The notes beneath the pieces are model-generated. The model was not told where the DNA came from, made no database searches, and saw only the letters and a list, made by a program, of their open reading frames with translations. A stretch of DNA of 64,000 bases from Escherichia coli (GTDB lineage: Bacteria; Pseudomonadota; Gammaproteobacteria; Enterobacterales; Enterobacteriaceae). Location of the stretch: the NCBI RefSeq assembly GCF_016026235.1, contig NZ_CP065613.1; one strand, given 5' to 3'. This document shows, piece after piece, positions 51,285 through 64,000 of the stretch; position 1 is the stretch's first letter; each line of letters starts with the position of its first letter. The translations under genes were made by a program, and so were the position numbers.

Positions 51285-54200
51285 TGATTGAACGCGGTAA
51301 ATTTCGCTCACTGACGCTGATTAACTGGAACGGCTTTTTTGCCCGAACTTTTGACCTTGACGAGCTGGTCACGACGCTTTCTGGCGGTAACGGGGCGGGT
51401 AAATCCACCACCATGGCGGCGTTCGTTACGGCGCTGATCCCCGACCTGACCCTGCTGCATTTCCGTAACACTACGGAAGCCGGGGCCACCAGCGGTTCGC
51501 GCGATAAAGGTCTGCACGGTAAGCTGAAAGCGGGTGTCTGTTATTCGATGCTCGACACCATTAACTCGCGCCACCAGCGCGTGGTGGTCGGTGTGCGTCT
51601 GCAACAGGTTGCCGGACGCGATCGTAAAGTGGATATCAAACCATTTGCCATTCAGGGACTGCCGATGTCGGTGCAGCCGACACAGCTGGTGACCGAAACC
51701 CTGAACGAACGCCAGGCGCGCGTGCTGCCGCTTAACGAGCTGAAAGACAAGCTCGAGGCGATGGAAGGCGTGCAGTTTAAACAGTTCAACTCCATTACCG
51801 ATTACCACTCGCTGATGTTCGATCTGGGCATCATCGCGCGTCGTCTGCGCTCCGCATCTGACCGTAGCAAATTCTATCGTCTGATCGAAGCTTCGCTGTA
51901 TGGCGGGATCTCCAGTGCCATTACCCGTTCTCTGCGCGACTACCTGTTGCCGGAAAACAGCGGCGTGCGTAAAGCGTTCCAGGACATGGAAGCGGCGCTG
52001 CGTGAAAACCGCATGACGCTGGAAGCGATTCGTGTCACCCAGTCGGACCGTGACCTGTTTAAGCATCTGATCAGCGAAGCTACCAACTACGTGGCGGCGG
52101 ACTACATGCGTCACGCCAACGAGCGCCGTGTCCATCTCGACAAAGCCCTGGAGTTTCGTCGCGAGCTACATACTTCGCGTCAGCAACTGGCGGCTGAGCA
52201 GTACAAACACGTCGATATGGCGCGTGAGCTGGCAGAGCACAACGGTGCCGAAGGCGATCTGGAAGCGGATTATCAGTCGGCCAGCGATCACCTGAACCTG
52301 GTGCAAACCGCACTGCGTCAGCAGGAGAAGATCGAACGCTACGAAGCGGATCTCGATGAGCTGCAGATCCGTCTGGAAGAGCAAAACGAAGTGGTGGCAG
52401 AAGCCATCGAACGCCAGGAAGAGAACGAGGTTCGTGCGGAAGCTGCCGAACTGGAAGTGGACGAGCTGAAAAGCCAGCTTGCTGACTACCAGCAGGCGCT
52501 GGACGTCCAGCAAACGCGCGCGATCCAGTATAACCAGGCGATTGCTGCGCTTAATCGCGCCAAAGAATTGTGTCATCTGCCGGACTTAACCGCCGACAGC
52601 GCCGCCGAATGGCTGGAAACCTTCCAGGCGAAAGAGCTGGAAGCGACTGAAAAAATGCTCACTCTTGAGCAGAAAATGAGCATGGCGCAAACCGCGCACA
52701 GCCAGTTTGAGCAGGCTTATCAGCTGGTGGTGGCAATCAACGGCCCGCTGGCGCGTAACGAGGCGTGGGATGTCGCTCGCGAACTATTGCGCGAAGGGGT
52801 CGATCAGCGTCACCTGGCAGAGCAGGTTCAGCCGTTGCGGATGCGCTTAAGCGAACTGGAACAGCGTCTGCGCGAGCAGCAAGAAGCTGAGCGTCTGCTG
52901 GCAGATTTCTGCAAACGTCAGGGCAAGAATTTTGATATTGATGAACTGGAAGCTCTGCATCAGGAGCTGGAAGCACGCATTGCCTCTCTTTCCGATAGCG
53001 TATCTAACGCCCGTGAAGAGCGGATGGCACTGCGGCAGGAACAGGAACAGCTGCAGTCTCGCATTCAGAGTTTGATGCAGCGTGCGCCGGTTTGGCTGGC
53101 AGCGCAAAACAGTCTCAACCAGTTGAGCGAACAGTGCGGCGAAGAGTTCACCTCCAGCCAGGACGTCACCGAATTCCTGCAACAGCTGCTGGAGCGTGAG
53201 CGCGAAGCCATTGTTGAACGCGATGAAGTGGGCGCGCGCAAAAACGCTGTCGATGAAGAGATCGAACGTTTAAGCCAGCCTGGCGGCTCTGAAGACCAGC
53301 GTCTGAATGCGCTGGCGGAGCGTTTTGGCGGCGTGCTGCTGTCAGAAATTTATGATGACGTTAGCCTGGAAGATGCGCCGTACTTCTCAGCGCTGTATGG
53401 CCCGTCACGCCACGCCATCGTGGTGCCAGATCTGTCACAGGTAACTGAACACCTGGAGGGCTTGACCGATTGCCCGGAAGATCTCTATTTGATCGAAGGG
53501 GATCCGCAGTCATTCGATGACAGCGTGTTCAGCGTTGATGAGCTGGAAAAAGCGGTAGTGGTGAAAATCGCCGATCGTCAGTGGCGTTATTCACGTTTCC
53601 CGGAAGTGCCGCTGTTTGGTCGTGCTGCGCGTGAAAGCCGTATTGAAAGCCTCCATGCCGAGCGTGAAGTGCTTTCCGAACGCTTCGCCACGCTCTCCTT
53701 TGACGTACAGAAAACCCAGCGTCTGCATCAGGCGTTCAGCCGCTTTATCGGTAGTCATCTGGCGGTGGCGTTTGAGTCTGACCCGGAAGCAGAAATCCGT
53801 CAACTGAACAGCCGTCGCGTCGAACTGGAGCGGGCGCTGAGTAATCATGAAAATGATAACCAGCAGCAGCGTATTCAATTTGAGCAGGCGAAAGAGGGCG
53901 TTACGGCGCTGAACCGCATTCTGCCGCGTCTCAACCTGTTGGCTGATGACAGCCTGGCGGATCGCGTCGATGAAATCCGCGAACGTCTGGATGAAGCCCA
54001 GGAAGCCGCGCGTTTTGTTCAGCAGTTTGGCAATCAACTGGCGAAACTGGAACCGATTGTTTCAGTGTTGCAGAGCGACCCGGAACAGTTCGAACAGTTA
54101 AAAGAAGATTACGCGTACTCTCAGCAGATGCAGCGCGATGCCCGTCAGCAGGCGTTTGCCCTGACGGAAGTGGTGCAGCGTCGTGCGCACTTTAGCTATT

Positions 54201-55744
54201 CTGACTCGGCAGAAATGCTTAGCGGTAACAGCGATCTCAACGAAAAACTGCGTGAACGTCTGGAACAGGCGGAAGCGGAGCGTACCCGCGCTCGTGAAGC
54301 GTTGCGCGGTCACGCAGCGCAGTTGAGTCAGTACAACCAGGTGCTGGCTTCGCTGAAAAGTTCGTATGACACCAAAAGAGAGCTACTTAACGATCTGCAA
54401 CGTGAATTGCAGGATATCGGCGTGCGTGCTGATAGCGGGGCAGAAGAGCGGGCACGTATTCGCCGTGACGAGTTGCACGCACAACTGAGCAATAACCGTT
54501 CCCGCCGCAATCAACTGGAAAAAGCGCTTACATTCTGCGAAGCGGAGATGGACAACCTGACCCGCAAACTGCGCAAGCTGGAGCGGGATTACTTTGAGAT
54601 GCGCGAGCAGGTAGTGACCGCCAAAGCGGGCTGGTGTGCGGTGATGCGCATGGTGAAAGATAACGGCGTTGAGCGCCGCTTACACCGTCGTGAGCTGGCT
54701 TATCTCTCCGCTGATGATTTGCGTTCCATGTCGGATAAGGCGTTAGGTGCGCTGCGTCTGGCGGTGGCGGATAACGAACATCTGCGCGACGTGCTGCGCA
54801 TGTCGGAAGATCCGAAACGTCCGGAGCGTAAAATTCAGTTCTTCGTGGCGGTTTATCAGCATCTGCGTGAACGTATTCGTCAGGATATTATTCGTACCGA
54901 TGATCCGGTGGAAGCTATCGAACAGATGGAGATCGAACTTAGCCGTCTGACCGAAGAATTAACCTCCCGTGAACAGAAACTGGCGATCAGTTCCCGCAGC
55001 GTGGCGAACATCATTCGCAAAACCATTCAGCGCGAGCAGAACCGTATCCGTATGCTCAACCAGGGGTTGCAGAACGTATCGTTTGGCCAGGTGAACAGCG
55101 TACGTCTGAACGTGAACGTACGTGAAACGCACGCCATGCTGCTGAATGTGCTCTCTGAACAGCACGAGCAGCATCAGGATCTGTTTAACAGCAACCGCCT
55201 GACCTTCTCAGAAGCGCTGGCGAAACTGTATCAACGTCTTAACCCGCAGATTGATATGGGGCAGCGCACGCCGCAGACCATTGGCGAAGAACTGCTGGAT
55301 TACCGCAACTATCTGGAAATGGAAGTTGAGGTTAACCGTGGTTCCGATGGCTGGTTGCGCGCAGAGTCTGGTGCATTGTCGACCGGTGAGGCGATTGGTA
55401 CCGGTATGTCGATTCTGGTGATGGTGGTACAAAGCTGGGAAGATGAATCTCGCCGCCTGCGCGGTAAAGATATCTCTCCTTGCCGCCTGCTGTTCCTCGA
55501 TGAAGCCGCGCGACTGGATGCTCGTTCTATCGCCACGCTGTTTGAATTGTGTGAACGTTTGCAAATGCAGCTCATCATCGCAGCGCCGGAAAATATCAGT
55601 CCGGAAAAAGGCACCACCTATAAACTGGTACGTAAAGTCTTCCAGAATACCGAACATGTTCACGTCGTCGGCCTGCGAGGATTTGCGCCGCAACTCCCTG
55701 AAACGCTTCCAGGAAGTGACGAAGCGCCTTCCCAGGCGAGTTAA
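51284..55744 (+). CDS. mukB: Chromosome partition protein MukB (SMC-like condensin)
   Basis: 1486-aa ORF, N-terminal Walker [10 protein letters not shown], long coiled coil, C-terminal head. Confidence 0.97.
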   Translation: MIERGKFRSLTLINWNGFFARTFDLDELVTTLSGGNGAGKSTTMAAFVTALIPDLTLLHFRNTTEAGATSGSRDKGLHGKLKAGVCYSMLDTINSRHQRVVVGVRLQQVAGRDRKVDIKPFAIQGLPMSVQPTQLVTETLNERQARVLPLNELKDKLEAMEGVQFKQFNSITDYHSLMFDLGIIARRLRSASDRSKFYRLIEASLYGGISSAITRSLRDYLLPENSGVRKAFQDMEAALRENRMTLEAIRVTQSDRDLFKHLISEATNYVAADYMRHANERRVHLDKALEFRRELHTSRQQLAAEQYKHVDMARELAEHNGAEGDLEADYQSASDHLNLVQTALRQQEKIERYEADLDELQIRLEEQNEVVAEAIERQEENEVRAEAAELEVDELKSQLADYQQALDVQQTRAIQYNQAIAALNRAKELCHLPDLTADSAAEWLETFQAKELEATEKMLTLEQKMSMAQTAHSQFEQAYQLVVAINGPLARNEAWDVARELLREGVDQRHLAEQVQPLRMRLSELEQRLREQQEAERLLADFCKRQGKNFDIDELEALHQELEARIASLSDSVSNAREERMALRQEQEQLQSRIQSLMQRAPVWLAAQNSLNQLSEQCGEEFTSSQDVTEFLQQLLEREREAIVERDEVGARKNAVDEEIERLSQPGGSEDQRLNALAERFGGVLLSEIYDDVSLEDAPYFSALYGPSRHAIVVPDLSQVTEHLEGLTDCPEDLYLIEGDPQSFDDSVFSVDELEKAVVVKIADRQWRYSRFPEVPLFGRAARESRIESLHAEREVLSERFATLSFDVQKTQRLHQAFSRFIGSHLAVAFESDPEAEIRQLNSRRVELERALSNHENDNQQQRIQFEQAKEGVTALNRILPRLNLLADDSLADRVDEIRERLDEAQEAARFVQQFGNQLAKLEPIVSVLQSDPEQFEQLKEDYAYSQQMQRDARQQAFALTEVVQRRAHFSYSDSAEMLSGNSDLNEKLRERLEQAEAERTRAREALRGHAAQLSQYNQVLASLKSSYDTKRELLNDLQRELQDIGVRADSGAEERARIRRDELHAQLSNNRSRRNQLEKALTFCEAEMDNLTRKLRKLERDYFEMREQVVTAKAGWCAVMRMVKDNGVERRLHRRELAYLSADDLRSMSDKALGALRLAVADNEHLRDVLRMSEDPKRPERKIQFFVAVYQHLRERIRQDIIRTDDPVEAIEQMEIELSRLTEELTSREQKLAISSRSVANIIRKTIQREQNRIRMLNQGLQNVSFGQVNSVRLNVNVRETHAMLLNVLSEQHEQHQDLFNSNRLTFSEALAKLYQRLNPQIDMGQRTPQTIGEELLDYRNYLEMEVEVNRGSDGWLRAESGALSTGEAIGTGMSILVMVVQSWEDESRRLRGKDISPCRLLFLDEAARLDARSIATLFELCERLQMQLIIAAPENISPEKGTTYKLVRKVFQNTEHVHVVGLRGFAPQLPETLPGSDEAPSQAS

Positions 55745-55748
55745 AATG

Positions 55749-55780
55749 AAGGCGGCAGCAATGCCGCCTTTTCTTTTTCC
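55749..55780 (+). terminator. Rho-independent terminator of mukB
   Basis: GGCGGCAGCAATGCCGCC hairpin followed by ttttcttttt; lies upstream of the IS4 insertion point and is intact. Confidence 0.75.
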
Positions 55781-55809
55781 GAAAACTCCGTTTCTGCACT
55801 AAAAAAGTG

Positions 55810-55822
55810 GCACATTACGGCG
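55810..55822. repeat. 13-bp target-site duplication, left copy, of IS4 copy 2 (gcacattacggcg)
   Basis: Identical 13-mer at 57249..57261 directly after the right IR. Confidence 0.85.
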
Positions 55823-57248
55823 TAATGCCAGTCAGTTAAGCAACTGACTGGCTCTTTTTCGGGGCTGTGGGGTATTTCCAGGGCCTCTCCTTTACCACTC
55901 TCGGGAAGGCCCTTCCCCTTCTCGTCGGTAATTTCACAAGTTGTCCCATACTTGCAAGATCGCGCATCAGCTCCGGTATACGTCCCGGTGAAGCGCCCTG
56001 CAATGTCATCAGCATTCTCATCACCATTCCGCATGATTCTGAGAAACTCAGTTGATTCGGCCAGTAACCTTTCAGATGTTCCGCCATTTTAATCATCTGA
56101 TATCTCACCAGATTATAAGCCAGTAAGACACCCCACAGCTCTTGCTCCACAAGCTCCGGCTTTTTACTTCTCAGCGTCAGCCTGCTCAGTTGCATCGTCT
56201 GTTTTATCTCCCTGTATCCCAGTTCGATTTCCCAGCGATGACTGTACAGATCCGCCATTTCTCCTCCGGGGAAGCGCATGGCGTCCGTCATCGACGTCAG
56301 CAGATGGCAGACTTTTCCTTTGCGCGTCACGGTCAGCAGGCGGGCTGTCACTTCATTTCCCAGTCCCGGCCACTTTTTTCGTGCCTGCGGGCTGGTTTTC
56401 AGCTTCACCAGATGATCGCCTTTACCCAGTTTTCTGAGCTCTTCATATTGCGCTCCCTTTCTGAGAGGTATCATCCAGTGGCGGTGTTCTCCCGCCAGGC
56501 TCCAGGCATTTAACAGTCCCAGTGAGTAATAACCTTTATCCATTAACGTCAGAGTGTTATCGCCGGTTTGTTCTATAAGTTGCTCAGCAAGCTCATTTTC
56601 GCTGTTCTTCATCGTGCCGAAGGCTGCAGCCGTCAGCAGATGGCTGGTCAGTTCCATCTGGCAGACCATTTTGACCTGCGGGTAGAGCGCCGGGTTCCCG
56701 GCATGTGTCTGGCGGGGGAAGGCTGCATCGTTCTCTGGTGTATCCGGTGTGCGCCAGAACACACCATCGATGGCCAGCAGGGTCAGGCCGCACCAGTGCG
56801 GATGCGGCGTGGCGTTATGCCAGAGCTGCGCTGTTTTCGTGAACACGCGGCGGACAGCCTCACTTCCCAGGCGCTGGCGGGCCTGAATAACGGCACTGGG
56901 GGCAACGAAGGGGCGATTGCCCGGCAGCATGATGTCCAGGCGATTCACAATCTGGTGAAGAGGTTCTTTACGCTCAAGCGCCATGCCAACAATACACCAG
57001 ACCATCATTTCGAGGGGAAGACGGCGCTTGCGTAGCGTTACAGTACCTGATTCGGCAAGGCAACGAGAGATGAGTTCGGGGTCGAGGTAATCCCCCAGAG
57101 AAGTCAGTGGGTTACGCAGAGAATCGTAACGGGATACCAGATCAAGAGCCTGTCCAATGTGCATAAAAAAATCCGGAAACAAGTGAGCGTTTCCGGATTC
57201 TTACACAGCCACTGGATCGGTCAACTGATCCTTAACTGATCGGCATTA
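55823..57248 (-). mobile_element. Insertion sequence IS4, copy 2 (1426 bp), identical to copy 1 and in the same orientation
   Basis: Same terminal IRs and identical 448-aa ORF translation as copy 1; own 13-bp direct repeats; interrupts the mukB-ldtD intergenic region. Confidence 0.93.
55836..57164 (-). CDS. insG: IS4 transposase
   Basis: Translation identical to the copy-1 transposase ORF. Confidence 0.9.
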   Translation of the reverse strand: MHIGQALDLVSRYDSLRNPLTSLGDYLDPELISRCLAESGTVTLRKRRLPLEMMVWCIVGMALERKEPLHQIVNRLDIMLPGNRPFVAPSAVIQARQRLGSEAVRRVFTKTAQLWHNATPHPHWCGLTLLAIDGVFWRTPDTPENDAAFPRQTHAGNPALYPQVKMVCQMELTSHLLTAAAFGTMKNSENELAEQLIEQTGDNTLTLMDKGYYSLGLLNAWSLAGEHRHWMIPLRKGAQYEELRKLGKGDHLVKLKTSPQARKKWPGLGNEVTARLLTVTRKGKVCHLLTSMTDAMRFPGGEMADLYSHRWEIELGYREIKQTMQLSRLTLRSKKPELVEQELWGVLLAYNLVRYQMIKMAEHLKGYWPNQLSFSESCGMVMRMLMTLQGASPGRIPELMRDLASMGQLVKLPTRRGRAFPRVVKERPWKYPTAPKKSQSVA

Positions 57249-57261
57249 GCACATTACGGCG
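57249..57261. repeat. 13-bp target-site duplication, right copy, of IS4 copy 2
   Basis: gcacattacggcg immediately after the right IR. Confidence 0.85.
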
Positions 57262-57443
57262 CGCTTTTCTTTAAACTTCTTTACATTAGGTTATGTAAAA
57301 ACGTATCGGCGTTTATATACTGAAGATAAGCCTGATGAGTAACAGGCTTGCTCGTCATACTTTCGTGAGTATTGGCGTTGTACAGGCAAGTCGTAAAATA
57401 ACAGCCTGGCTATTCAGAGTATGATAAAAACAGGGGGCAAGGG

Positions 57444-59291
57444 ATGTTGCTTAATATGATGTGTGGTCGTCGGCTGTCGGCAATCAGTTTGTGCCTGGCC
57501 GTAACATTCGCTCCACTGTTCAATGCGCAGGCCGATGAGCCTGAAGTAATCCCTGGCGACAGCCCGGTGGCTGTCAGTGAACAGGGCGAGGCACTGCCGC
57601 AGGCGCAAGCCACGGCAATAATGGCGGGGATCCTGCCATTGCCTGAAGGTGCGGCAGAAAAAGCCCGCACGCAAATCGAATCTCAATTACCCGCAGGTTA
57701 CAAGCCGGTTTATCTTAACCAGCTTCAACTGTTGTATGCCGCACGCGATATGCAACCCATGTGGGAAAACCGTGATGCTGTTAAAGCCTTCCAGCAACAG
57801 CTGGCAGAGGTGGCGATTGCCGGTTTCCAGCCGCAGTTTAATAAATGGGTAGAGTTACTGACCGATCCTGGTGTTAACGGGATGGCACGCGACGTGGTGC
57901 TCTCTGATGCGATGATGGGCTATCTCCATTTCATTGCAAATATTCCGGTCAAAGGCACTCGCTGGCTATATAGCAGTAAACCTTATGCGCTTTCAACGCC
58001 GCCGCTTTCGGTGATTAACCAATGGCAGCAGGCGCTGGATAAAGGTCAATTGCCTACGTTTGTTGCAGGACTGGCACCGCAGCATCCGCAATATGCGGCG
58101 ATGCATGAATCGTTACTGGCCTTACTCAGTGACACCAAACCGTGGCCCCAACTGACCGGCAAAGCAACGTTGCGCCCAGGGCAGTGGAGTAACGACGTAC
58201 CGGCGTTGCGCGAAATATTGCAACGCACAGGCATGTTGGACGGGGGGCCGAAAATTACTCTACCTGGCGATGACACGCCAACTGACGCGGTAGTCAGCCC
58301 ATCCGCTGTTACTGTTGAAACAGCAGAAACTAAGCCGATGGACAAGCAAACGACGTCTCGTAGTAAACCTGCGCCTGCCGTTCGTGCCGCCTACGATAAT
58401 GAACTGGTGGAAGCCGTTAAACGTTTTCAGGCATGGCAAGGATTGGGGGCAGATGGTGCTATTGGCCCGGCAACGCGTGACTGGTTAAACGTAACGCCTG
58501 CCCAGCGTGCTGGCGTGTTGGCACTCAACATCCAGCGATTGCGCTTGCTGCCAACAGAGCTTTCTACCGGGATCATGGTTAACATTCCGGCCTATTCGTT
58601 GGTCTACTATCAGAACGGCAATCAGGTGCTGGATTCGCGAGTCATTGTCGGTCGCCCCGATCGCAAAACGCCGATGATGAGCAGTGCCCTTAACAACGTA
58701 GTGGTAAACCCGCCGTGGAACGTACCACCAACTCTGGCACGCAAAGATATTCTGCCGAAAGTGCGCAACGATCCGGGATATCTCGAAAGCCATGGCTATA
58801 CGGTGATGCGCGGCTGGAACAGCAGAGAAGCGATTGACCCATGGCAGGTTGACTGGTCTACAATCACGGCCTCGAATTTACCGTTTCGCTTCCAGCAGGC
58901 TCCAGGCCCACGGAACTCGCTGGGGCGCTATAAATTCAATATGCCGAGTTCAGAGGCCATTTATTTGCATGACACGCCGAACCACAATCTGTTCAAGCGT
59001 GATACACGCGCATTGAGCTCAGGCTGTGTACGAGTGAATAAAGCTTCCGATCTGGCGAATATGCTGTTGCAGGATGCAGGCTGGAATGACAAACGTATTT
59101 CTGATGCGCTGAAGCAGGGTGATACACGTTACGTCAATATTCGGCAGTCGATTCCGGTGAATCTCTACTACCTGACGGCCTTTGTTGGTGCAGATGGTCG
59201 TACCCAGTATCGTACAGATATTTACAATTATGATCTGCCTGCGCGATCCAGCTCGCAAATCGTATCGAAAGCGGAACAATTAATCAGGTAA
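57444..59291 (+). CDS. ldtD: L,D-transpeptidase LdtD (YcbB)
   Basis: 615-aa ORF with signal peptide, peptidoglycan-binding domain and YkuD catalytic domain (SSGCVRV active-site Cys). Confidence 0.93.
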   Translation: MLLNMMCGRRLSAISLCLAVTFAPLFNAQADEPEVIPGDSPVAVSEQGEALPQAQATAIMAGILPLPEGAAEKARTQIESQLPAGYKPVYLNQLQLLYAARDMQPMWENRDAVKAFQQQLAEVAIAGFQPQFNKWVELLTDPGVNGMARDVVLSDAMMGYLHFIANIPVKGTRWLYSSKPYALSTPPLSVINQWQQALDKGQLPTFVAGLAPQHPQYAAMHESLLALLSDTKPWPQLTGKATLRPGQWSNDVPALREILQRTGMLDGGPKITLPGDDTPTDAVVSPSAVTVETAETKPMDKQTTSRSKPAPAVRAAYDNELVEAVKRFQAWQGLGADGAIGPATRDWLNVTPAQRAGVLALNIQRLRLLPTELSTGIMVNIPAYSLVYYQNGNQVLDSRVIVGRPDRKTPMMSSALNNVVVNPPWNVPPTLARKDILPKVRNDPGYLESHGYTVMRGWNSREAIDPWQVDWSTITASNLPFRFQQAPGPRNSLGRYKFNMPSSEAIYLHDTPNHNLFKRDTRALSSGCVRVNKASDLANMLLQDAGWNDKRISDALKQGDTRYVNIRQSIPVNLYYLTAFVGADGRTQYRTDIYNYDLPARSSSQIVSKAEQLIR

Positions 59292-59471
59292 ATGAAGTAG
59301 TTCGGGGAAATCAGTTGTCGTAATAATTAGCATGATTGGGGGCGATTCTCTGCAGCCCCCGTCACTGCTGGGGTTGAGTCATCTTGACGTCTGCTTTACG
59401 GGCGGTTAAGGTGCCTCTTGTGCGCCAGAAGTGCATATAAACGATAACATTGACCTGTAGACTTGATTATC

Positions 59472-60020
59472 ATGGACAAATTCGACGCTAATCGCCGCAA
59501 ATTGCTGGCGCTTGGTGGCGTTGCACTCGGTGCCGCCATCCTGCCGACCCCTGCGTTTGCAACACTCTCTACCCCACGCCCGCGCATTTTGACACTCAAT
59601 AATCTTCATACCGGAGAGTCAATCAAAGCGGAGTTTTTCGATGGCAGAGGCTATATTCAGGAAGAATTGGCAAAACTTAACCATTTTTTCCGCGATTACC
59701 GCGCGAACAAAATAAAGTCCATCGACCCAGGATTATTCGACCAGTTGTATCGCCTGCAAGGGTTGTTAGGCACGCGTAAACCGGTGCAACTCATTTCCGG
59801 TTATCGTTCCATTGATACCAACAATGAACTACGCGCCCGCAGCCGTGGAGTAGCGAAGAAAAGCTATCACACTAAAGGCCAGGCGATGGATTTCCATATT
59901 GAAGGTATCGCGTTAAGCAATATTCGCAAAGCCGCGTTATCTATGCGCGCAGGTGGTGTAGGATATTACCCACGTAGTAACTTTGTGCATATTGATACCG
60001 GGCCAGCACGGCACTGGTAG
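59472..60020 (+). CDS. mepK: Peptidoglycan L,D-endopeptidase MepK (YcbK), Tat-type signal
   Basis: ORF trimmed to MDKFDANRRKLLALGGVALGAA (182 aa); twin-arginine-like motif. Confidence 0.88.
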   Translation: MDKFDANRRKLLALGGVALGAAILPTPAFATLSTPRPRILTLNNLHTGESIKAEFFDGRGYIQEELAKLNHFFRDYRANKIKSIDPGLFDQLYRLQGLLGTRKPVQLISGYRSIDTNNELRARSRGVAKKSYHTKGQAMDFHIEGIALSNIRKAALSMRAGGVGYYPRSNFVHIDTGPARHW

Positions 60021-60046
60021 TAATTGCTTAACGAAACAGGGGCAGT

Positions 60047-60694
60047 ATGAACTATCGTATTATTCCGGTCACCGCATTCTCCCAGAACTGTTCATTGATC
60101 TGGTGTGAACAAACCCGCCTGGCCGCACTGGTCGATCCTGGCGGCGATGCGGAAAAAATCAAACAGGAAGTTGATGCCAGCGGCCTGACACTGATGCAGA
60201 TCCTGCTGACGCATGGTCATCTGGACCACGTTGGCGCAGCAGCGGAACTGGCGCAACATTACGGCGTGCCGGTTTTTGGTCCGGAAAAAGAAGATGAGTT
60301 CTGGCTGCAAGGCTTGCCTGCGCAAAGTCGTATGTTTGGTCTGGAAGAGTGCCAGCCGCTGACGCCAGATCGTTGGCTGAACGAAGGCGATACCATCAGC
60401 ATAGGGAATGTGACTTTACAGGTGTTACATTGCCCTGGGCATACGCCGGGTCATGTCGTGTTTTTTGATGATCGGGCAAAGCTGCTGATTTCTGGCGATG
60501 TTATTTTCAAAGGCGGAGTAGGGCGCAGTGACTTCCCGCGTGGCGATCATAATCAACTGATTTCTTCAATCAAAGATAAATTGCTGCCACTGGGGGATGA
60601 CGTGACATTTATTCCGGGTCACGGACCATTATCCACACTTGGTTATGAACGCCTGCATAATCCCTTCCTGCAAGACGAAATGCCCGTCTGGTAA
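60047..60694 (+). CDS. gloC: Hydroxyacylglutathione hydrolase GloC (YcbL), metallo-beta-lactamase fold
   Basis: 215-aa ORF with THGHLDH motif. Confidence 0.9.
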   Translation: MNYRIIPVTAFSQNCSLIWCEQTRLAALVDPGGDAEKIKQEVDASGLTLMQILLTHGHLDHVGAAAELAQHYGVPVFGPEKEDEFWLQGLPAQSRMFGLEECQPLTPDRWLNEGDTISIGNVTLQVLHCPGHTPGHVVFFDDRAKLLISGDVIFKGGVGRSDFPRGDHNQLISSIKDKLLPLGDDVTFIPGHGPLSTLGYERLHNPFLQDEMPVW

Positions 60695-60700
60695 GGCACA

Positions 60701-60740
60701 CATAAAAAAGCCCGCTTTTCAGCGGGCTTCATTGTTTTTA
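60701..60740 (-). terminator. Hairpin terminator between convergent gloC and aspC
   Basis: aaaaaAGCCCGCttttcaGCGGGCTtcattgttttt; T-runs on both strands. Confidence 0.75.
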
Positions 60741-60744
60741 ACGC

Positions 60745-61935
60745 TTACAGCACTGCCACAATCGCTTCGCACAGCGGAGCCATGTTATCTGGTGTCATCC
60801 CGGCCACGTTTACGCGACCAGAAGCAACAGCATACACGCCAAACTCTTCGCGCAGACGCAGCACTTGTTCTTTTGTCAGGCCACTGAAGGAGAACATGCC
60901 GTTCTGTTTGATGATAAAGCTGAAGTCGCGGTTTGCCCCTTTTTCCTGCAGCGTATTGACGAACAACTGACGCATACGCTGAATACGCTGGCGCATATCA
61001 GTCAGCTCTTGTTCCCAAATCGCACGTAACGCATCGTTGCTCAGGATGGTGGCAACAACAGAAGCGCCGTGTGCTGGTGGGTTAGAGTAGTTAGCGCGAA
61101 TCGCCGCTTTCATTTGGCTGAATGCGCGATCAACGGTTTCACTGTCGGCAGCAACCAGAGTACAAGCGCCAACACGCTCGTTGTACAGGCCAAAGTTTTT
61201 AGAGTAGGAACTGGCAACAATCAGCTCTTTATGCATAGCCGCGAAAGCGCGCAGTCCTTCAGCATCTTCTTCCAGACCACGGGCAAAACCCTGGTAAGCG
61301 AAGTCAAACAGCGGTAACCAGCCTTTCTCAACGGAGAGTTGTGCCAGTGTCTGCCATTGTTCCAGCGTAGGGTCGATACCGGTTGGGTTGTGGCAGCAGC
61401 CATGGAACAGCACTACGTCGCCAGCCTGAGCTTCGTTCAGGCTGTTAATCAGTGCATCGAAGTCAAGGGTGTGGTTTTCCGCATCATAATAAGCGTATTC
61501 ACGAACTTCCAGACCTGCAGAGTTAAAGACGCTCTTATGGTTCGGCCAGCTTGGGTTGCTCACCCACACACGCTTAACGCTGGTATTTTTTGCCAGGAAA
61601 TCGGCAGCCACGCGTAGTGCGCCAGTGCCACCCGGAGTCTGTGCCGTGCGAGCACGTTTGTCATTGATCAGGGCGCTACCTTTACCAAACAGCAGTTCCT
61701 GAGTGCAGCGACCAAATTCAGGGATGCCGTCAATGCCGAGGTAATTTTTGGTGGTTTCATTTTCGAGCAGATACTGTTCAGCCTTTTTCACGCTGGTCAG
61801 TACCGGGGTTTTGCCCGTCTCATCTTTATAGACACCAATCCCGAGGTTAATTTTGCCGGGACGTTCATCGGCACGAAACAGATCGGCCAGGCCCAGAATC
61901 GGGTCGGCAGGAGCGGCGGTAATGTTCTCAAACAT
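60745..61935 (-). CDS. aspC: Aspartate aminotransferase
   Basis: 396-aa [26 protein letters not shown]. Confidence 0.96.
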   Translation of the reverse strand: MFENITAAPADPILGLADLFRADERPGKINLGIGVYKDETGKTPVLTSVKKAEQYLLENETTKNYLGIDGIPEFGRCTQELLFGKGSALINDKRARTAQTPGGTGALRVAADFLAKNTSVKRVWVSNPSWPNHKSVFNSAGLEVREYAYYDAENHTLDFDALINSLNEAQAGDVVLFHGCCHNPTGIDPTLEQWQTLAQLSVEKGWLPLFDFAYQGFARGLEEDAEGLRAFAAMHKELIVASSYSKNFGLYNERVGACTLVAADSETVDRAFSQMKAAIRANYSNPPAHGASVVATILSNDALRAIWEQELTDMRQRIQRMRQLFVNTLQEKGANRDFSFIIKQNGMFSFSGLTKEQVLRLREEFGVYAVASGRVNVAGMTPDNMAPLCEAIVAVL

Positions 61936-62061
61936 GACGAGGTTCCATTATGGTTACAGAAGGGAAGTCCGTTATCAGGGTAACGGGAGATTTACAAAAT
62001 TCCAACTATTACTGATGAAAACGCAGGCTGTTTTTGCAAGACGTGAGATTGCTCTGGAAGG

Positions 62062-62092
62062 CATAAAAAAAACAGGACCAACGTCCTGTTTT
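62062..62092 (-). terminator. Rho-independent terminator of ompF
   Basis: AACAGGACcaacGTCCTGTT hairpin followed by T8 on the minus strand. Confidence 0.8.
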
Positions 62093-62119
62093 TTCGGCAT
62101 TTAACAAAGAGGTGTGCTA

Positions 62120-63208
62120 TTAGAACTGGTAAACGATACCCACAGCAACGGTGTCGTCAGAACCTACGCCCAGTTTGTTGTCAGAATCGATCTGGTTGAT
62201 GATGTAGTCAACATAGGTGGACATGTTTTTGTTGAAGTAGTAGGTTGCGCCCACTTCAAAGTAGTTCACCAGATCAACATCACCGATAACTTCTACGTCT
62301 TTCGCTTTAGATTTGGTGTAAGCGATGGACGGACGCAGACCGAAATCGAACTGGTATTGCGCAACTAACAGAACGTCTTGCGTTTTGTTGGCGAAGCCGC
62401 TGATGTTTGTAAATTTATTAGTGATCGGCGTAGCGTTACGCGTTTCACCGTAGTTCGCTGCCAGGTAGATGTTGTTCGCATCATACTTCAGACCAGTAGC
62501 CCACTGTTCAGCTTTTTTACCGTTGCCAAGAAGTTGAGCTTCTTGCAGGTTGGTACGGTCAGCTGCACCATAAGCACCAACGATACCAAAGCCTTCGTAT
62601 TCGTAGCTGATAGAACCGCCAACACCGTCGCCGTTAGAGCGGCGTGCAGTGTCACGCTCGTTTTTACCCAGGTACTGAACAGCGAAGTTCAGGCCATCAA
62701 CCAGACCAAAGAAGTTGGAGTTACGATAGGTAGCAACGCCGCCAACACGACCAACGAAGAAGTCATCGCTGTATGCAGTATCACCACCAAATTCTGGCAG
62801 CATATCGGTGTAACCCAGTGCATCATAAACCACACCGTAGTTACGGCCGTAATCGAAAGAACCAACGTCAGCGTATTTAAGACCCGCGAATGCCAGACGC
62901 GTTTTGTTACCAGTTTGAGCGTCAGCGCCTTCAGAGTTGTTACCCTGGAAGTTATATTCCCACTGACCATAACCGGTCAGATCGGAATTGATTTGAGTTT
63001 CCCCTTTAAAACCAAGACGGGCATAAGTTTTGTCGCCGTTTCCGCCGTAACTGTTTACACCATTGTCTTTAGAAAAATAATGCAGACCGACAGCTTTACC
63101 GTACAGATCTACTTTGTTGCCATCTTTGTTATAGATTTCTGCAGCGTTTGCAGTACCTGCTACTAACAGAGCAGGGACGATCACTGCCAGAATATTGCGC
63201 TTCATCAT
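62120..63208 (-). CDS. ompF: Outer membrane porin F
   Basis: 362-aa ORF with signal peptide [22 protein letters not shown] and C-terminal F residue; porin beta-barrel. Confidence 0.96.
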   Translation of the reverse strand: MMKRNILAVIVPALLVAGTANAAEIYNKDGNKVDLYGKAVGLHYFSKDNGVNSYGGNGDKTYARLGFKGETQINSDLTGYGQWEYNFQGNNSEGADAQTGNKTRLAFAGLKYADVGSFDYGRNYGVVYDALGYTDMLPEFGGDTAYSDDFFVGRVGGVATYRNSNFFGLVDGLNFAVQYLGKNERDTARRSNGDGVGGSISYEYEGFGIVGAYGAADRTNLQEAQLLGNGKKAEQWATGLKYDANNIYLAANYGETRNATPITNKFTNISGFANKTQDVLLVAQYQFDFGLRPSIAYTKSKAKDVEVIGDVDLVNYFEVGATYYFNKNMSTYVDYIINQIDSDNKLGVGSDDTVAVGIVYQF

Positions 63209-63339
63209 TATTTATTACCCTCATGGTTTTTTTTTATGACACCTGCCACTGCCGTCAATAAGTTCTGTCAATAAAAATTTACGGAACTATTGATGAGAGT
63301 TTGGTGTCTTTATGTGTCTGCAGGCATCTTTCCATTCAA

Positions 63340-63420
63340 ACTAACGTTTCGCTACCGTGAAAGTGCTACAAAGATAAAGATTTGGTTTCAAAAAGAAAAA
63401 TATGTAACCAAAAGTAAAAT
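63340..63420 (-). promoter_or_regulatory. ompF promoter-proximal OmpR-binding region (F1-F3 boxes)
   Basis: Minus-strand sequence TTTACTTTTGGTTACATATTT (recognised F1 box) followed by TTTTCTTTTTGAAACCAAATC and TTTATCTTTGTAGCACTTTCAC; about 110-nt leader to the ATG. Confidence 0.65.
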
Positions 63421-63767
63421 TTAAGGAACTTTGTGAACACCGTCATATTTCCATAGAGGCGTGATGATATTTACAGCAATTTTTATCTATTTATATGATT
63501 TCCTTATATTTAAATTAACTAAACGGAAATTTTGTTTCTGATGGAAACTTTATCGACCTAGCACAAAATCCTCTTTCAGACATCCGGAATGCCAAAAAAT
63601 GGTATGAAAATTGTGCTATCAGCTAAGAAAAAACTAATCCGCAATAAGAATGCGGGTTATTTTTTTGTGCGTAAATGTTGCAATGTAATATTCTGTAACA
63701 GGATGATCGTTATGGCGGGGTTGCAAATAGATTGATTGACTTAACAAACAGATAACTTGACAGAAAG

Positions 63768-63798
63768 GATAAAAAAGAGCCAGCGGGTGCTGGCTCTT
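63768..63798 (-). terminator. Rho-independent terminator of asnS
   Basis: AGAGCCAGCgggtgCTGGCTCT followed by a T-run on the minus strand. Confidence 0.7.
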
Positions 63799-63810
63799 GA
63801 AGACGCTAAA

Positions 63811-64000
63811 TTAGAAGCTGGCGTTACGCGGAGTACGTGGGAACGGAATCACATCACGCACGTTTTGCACACCAGTTACGTAAGCAATCAGGCGTTCAAA
63901 ACCAAGACCGAAACCTGAATGCGGAACAGTACCGTAGCGACGCAGATCGCGATACCACCAGTAATCTTCTTTATTCAGGCCCATTTCCAGCATACGCTCG
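63811..64000 (-). CDS. asnS: Asparaginyl-tRNA synthetase, 3' portion only (gene continues beyond the window)
   Basis: C-terminal class II aaRS sequence ...[34 protein letters not shown]; ORF open to the window edge. Confidence 0.9.

Overview
This window is a syntenic Escherichia coli/Shigella-type core chromosome segment, equivalent to the K-12 aat to asnS region, and I find no evidence of a novel or undescribed biological system in it. Gene order is aat-cydC-cydD-trxB-lrp-ftsK-lolA-rarA-serS-dmsABC-ycaC-ycaD-ycaM-ycaN-ycaK-pflA-pflB-focA-ycaO-ycaP-serC-aroA-[IS4]-loiP-cmk-rpsA-ihfB-ycaI-msbA-lpxK-ycaQ-ycaR-kdsB-ycbJ-elyC-cmoM-mukFEB-[IS4]-ldtD-mepK-gloC-aspC-ompF-asnS(partial). All genes appear intact and were identified by recognising the translated ORFs; no search was run. 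The only accessory content is two identical 1426-bp IS4 copies in the same orientation, each with its own 13-bp target duplication, bracketing a 20.7-kb interval of mostly essential genes. The second notable feature is a long tandem 39-bp (13-residue PQ-rich) repeat array in the ftsK linker, giving a 1368-aa FtsK. Several ORF-track starts were trimmed to the start codons that match the known protein N-termini. Many long antisense ORFs in the track are stop-free reverse frames of highly expressed genes and were rejected.
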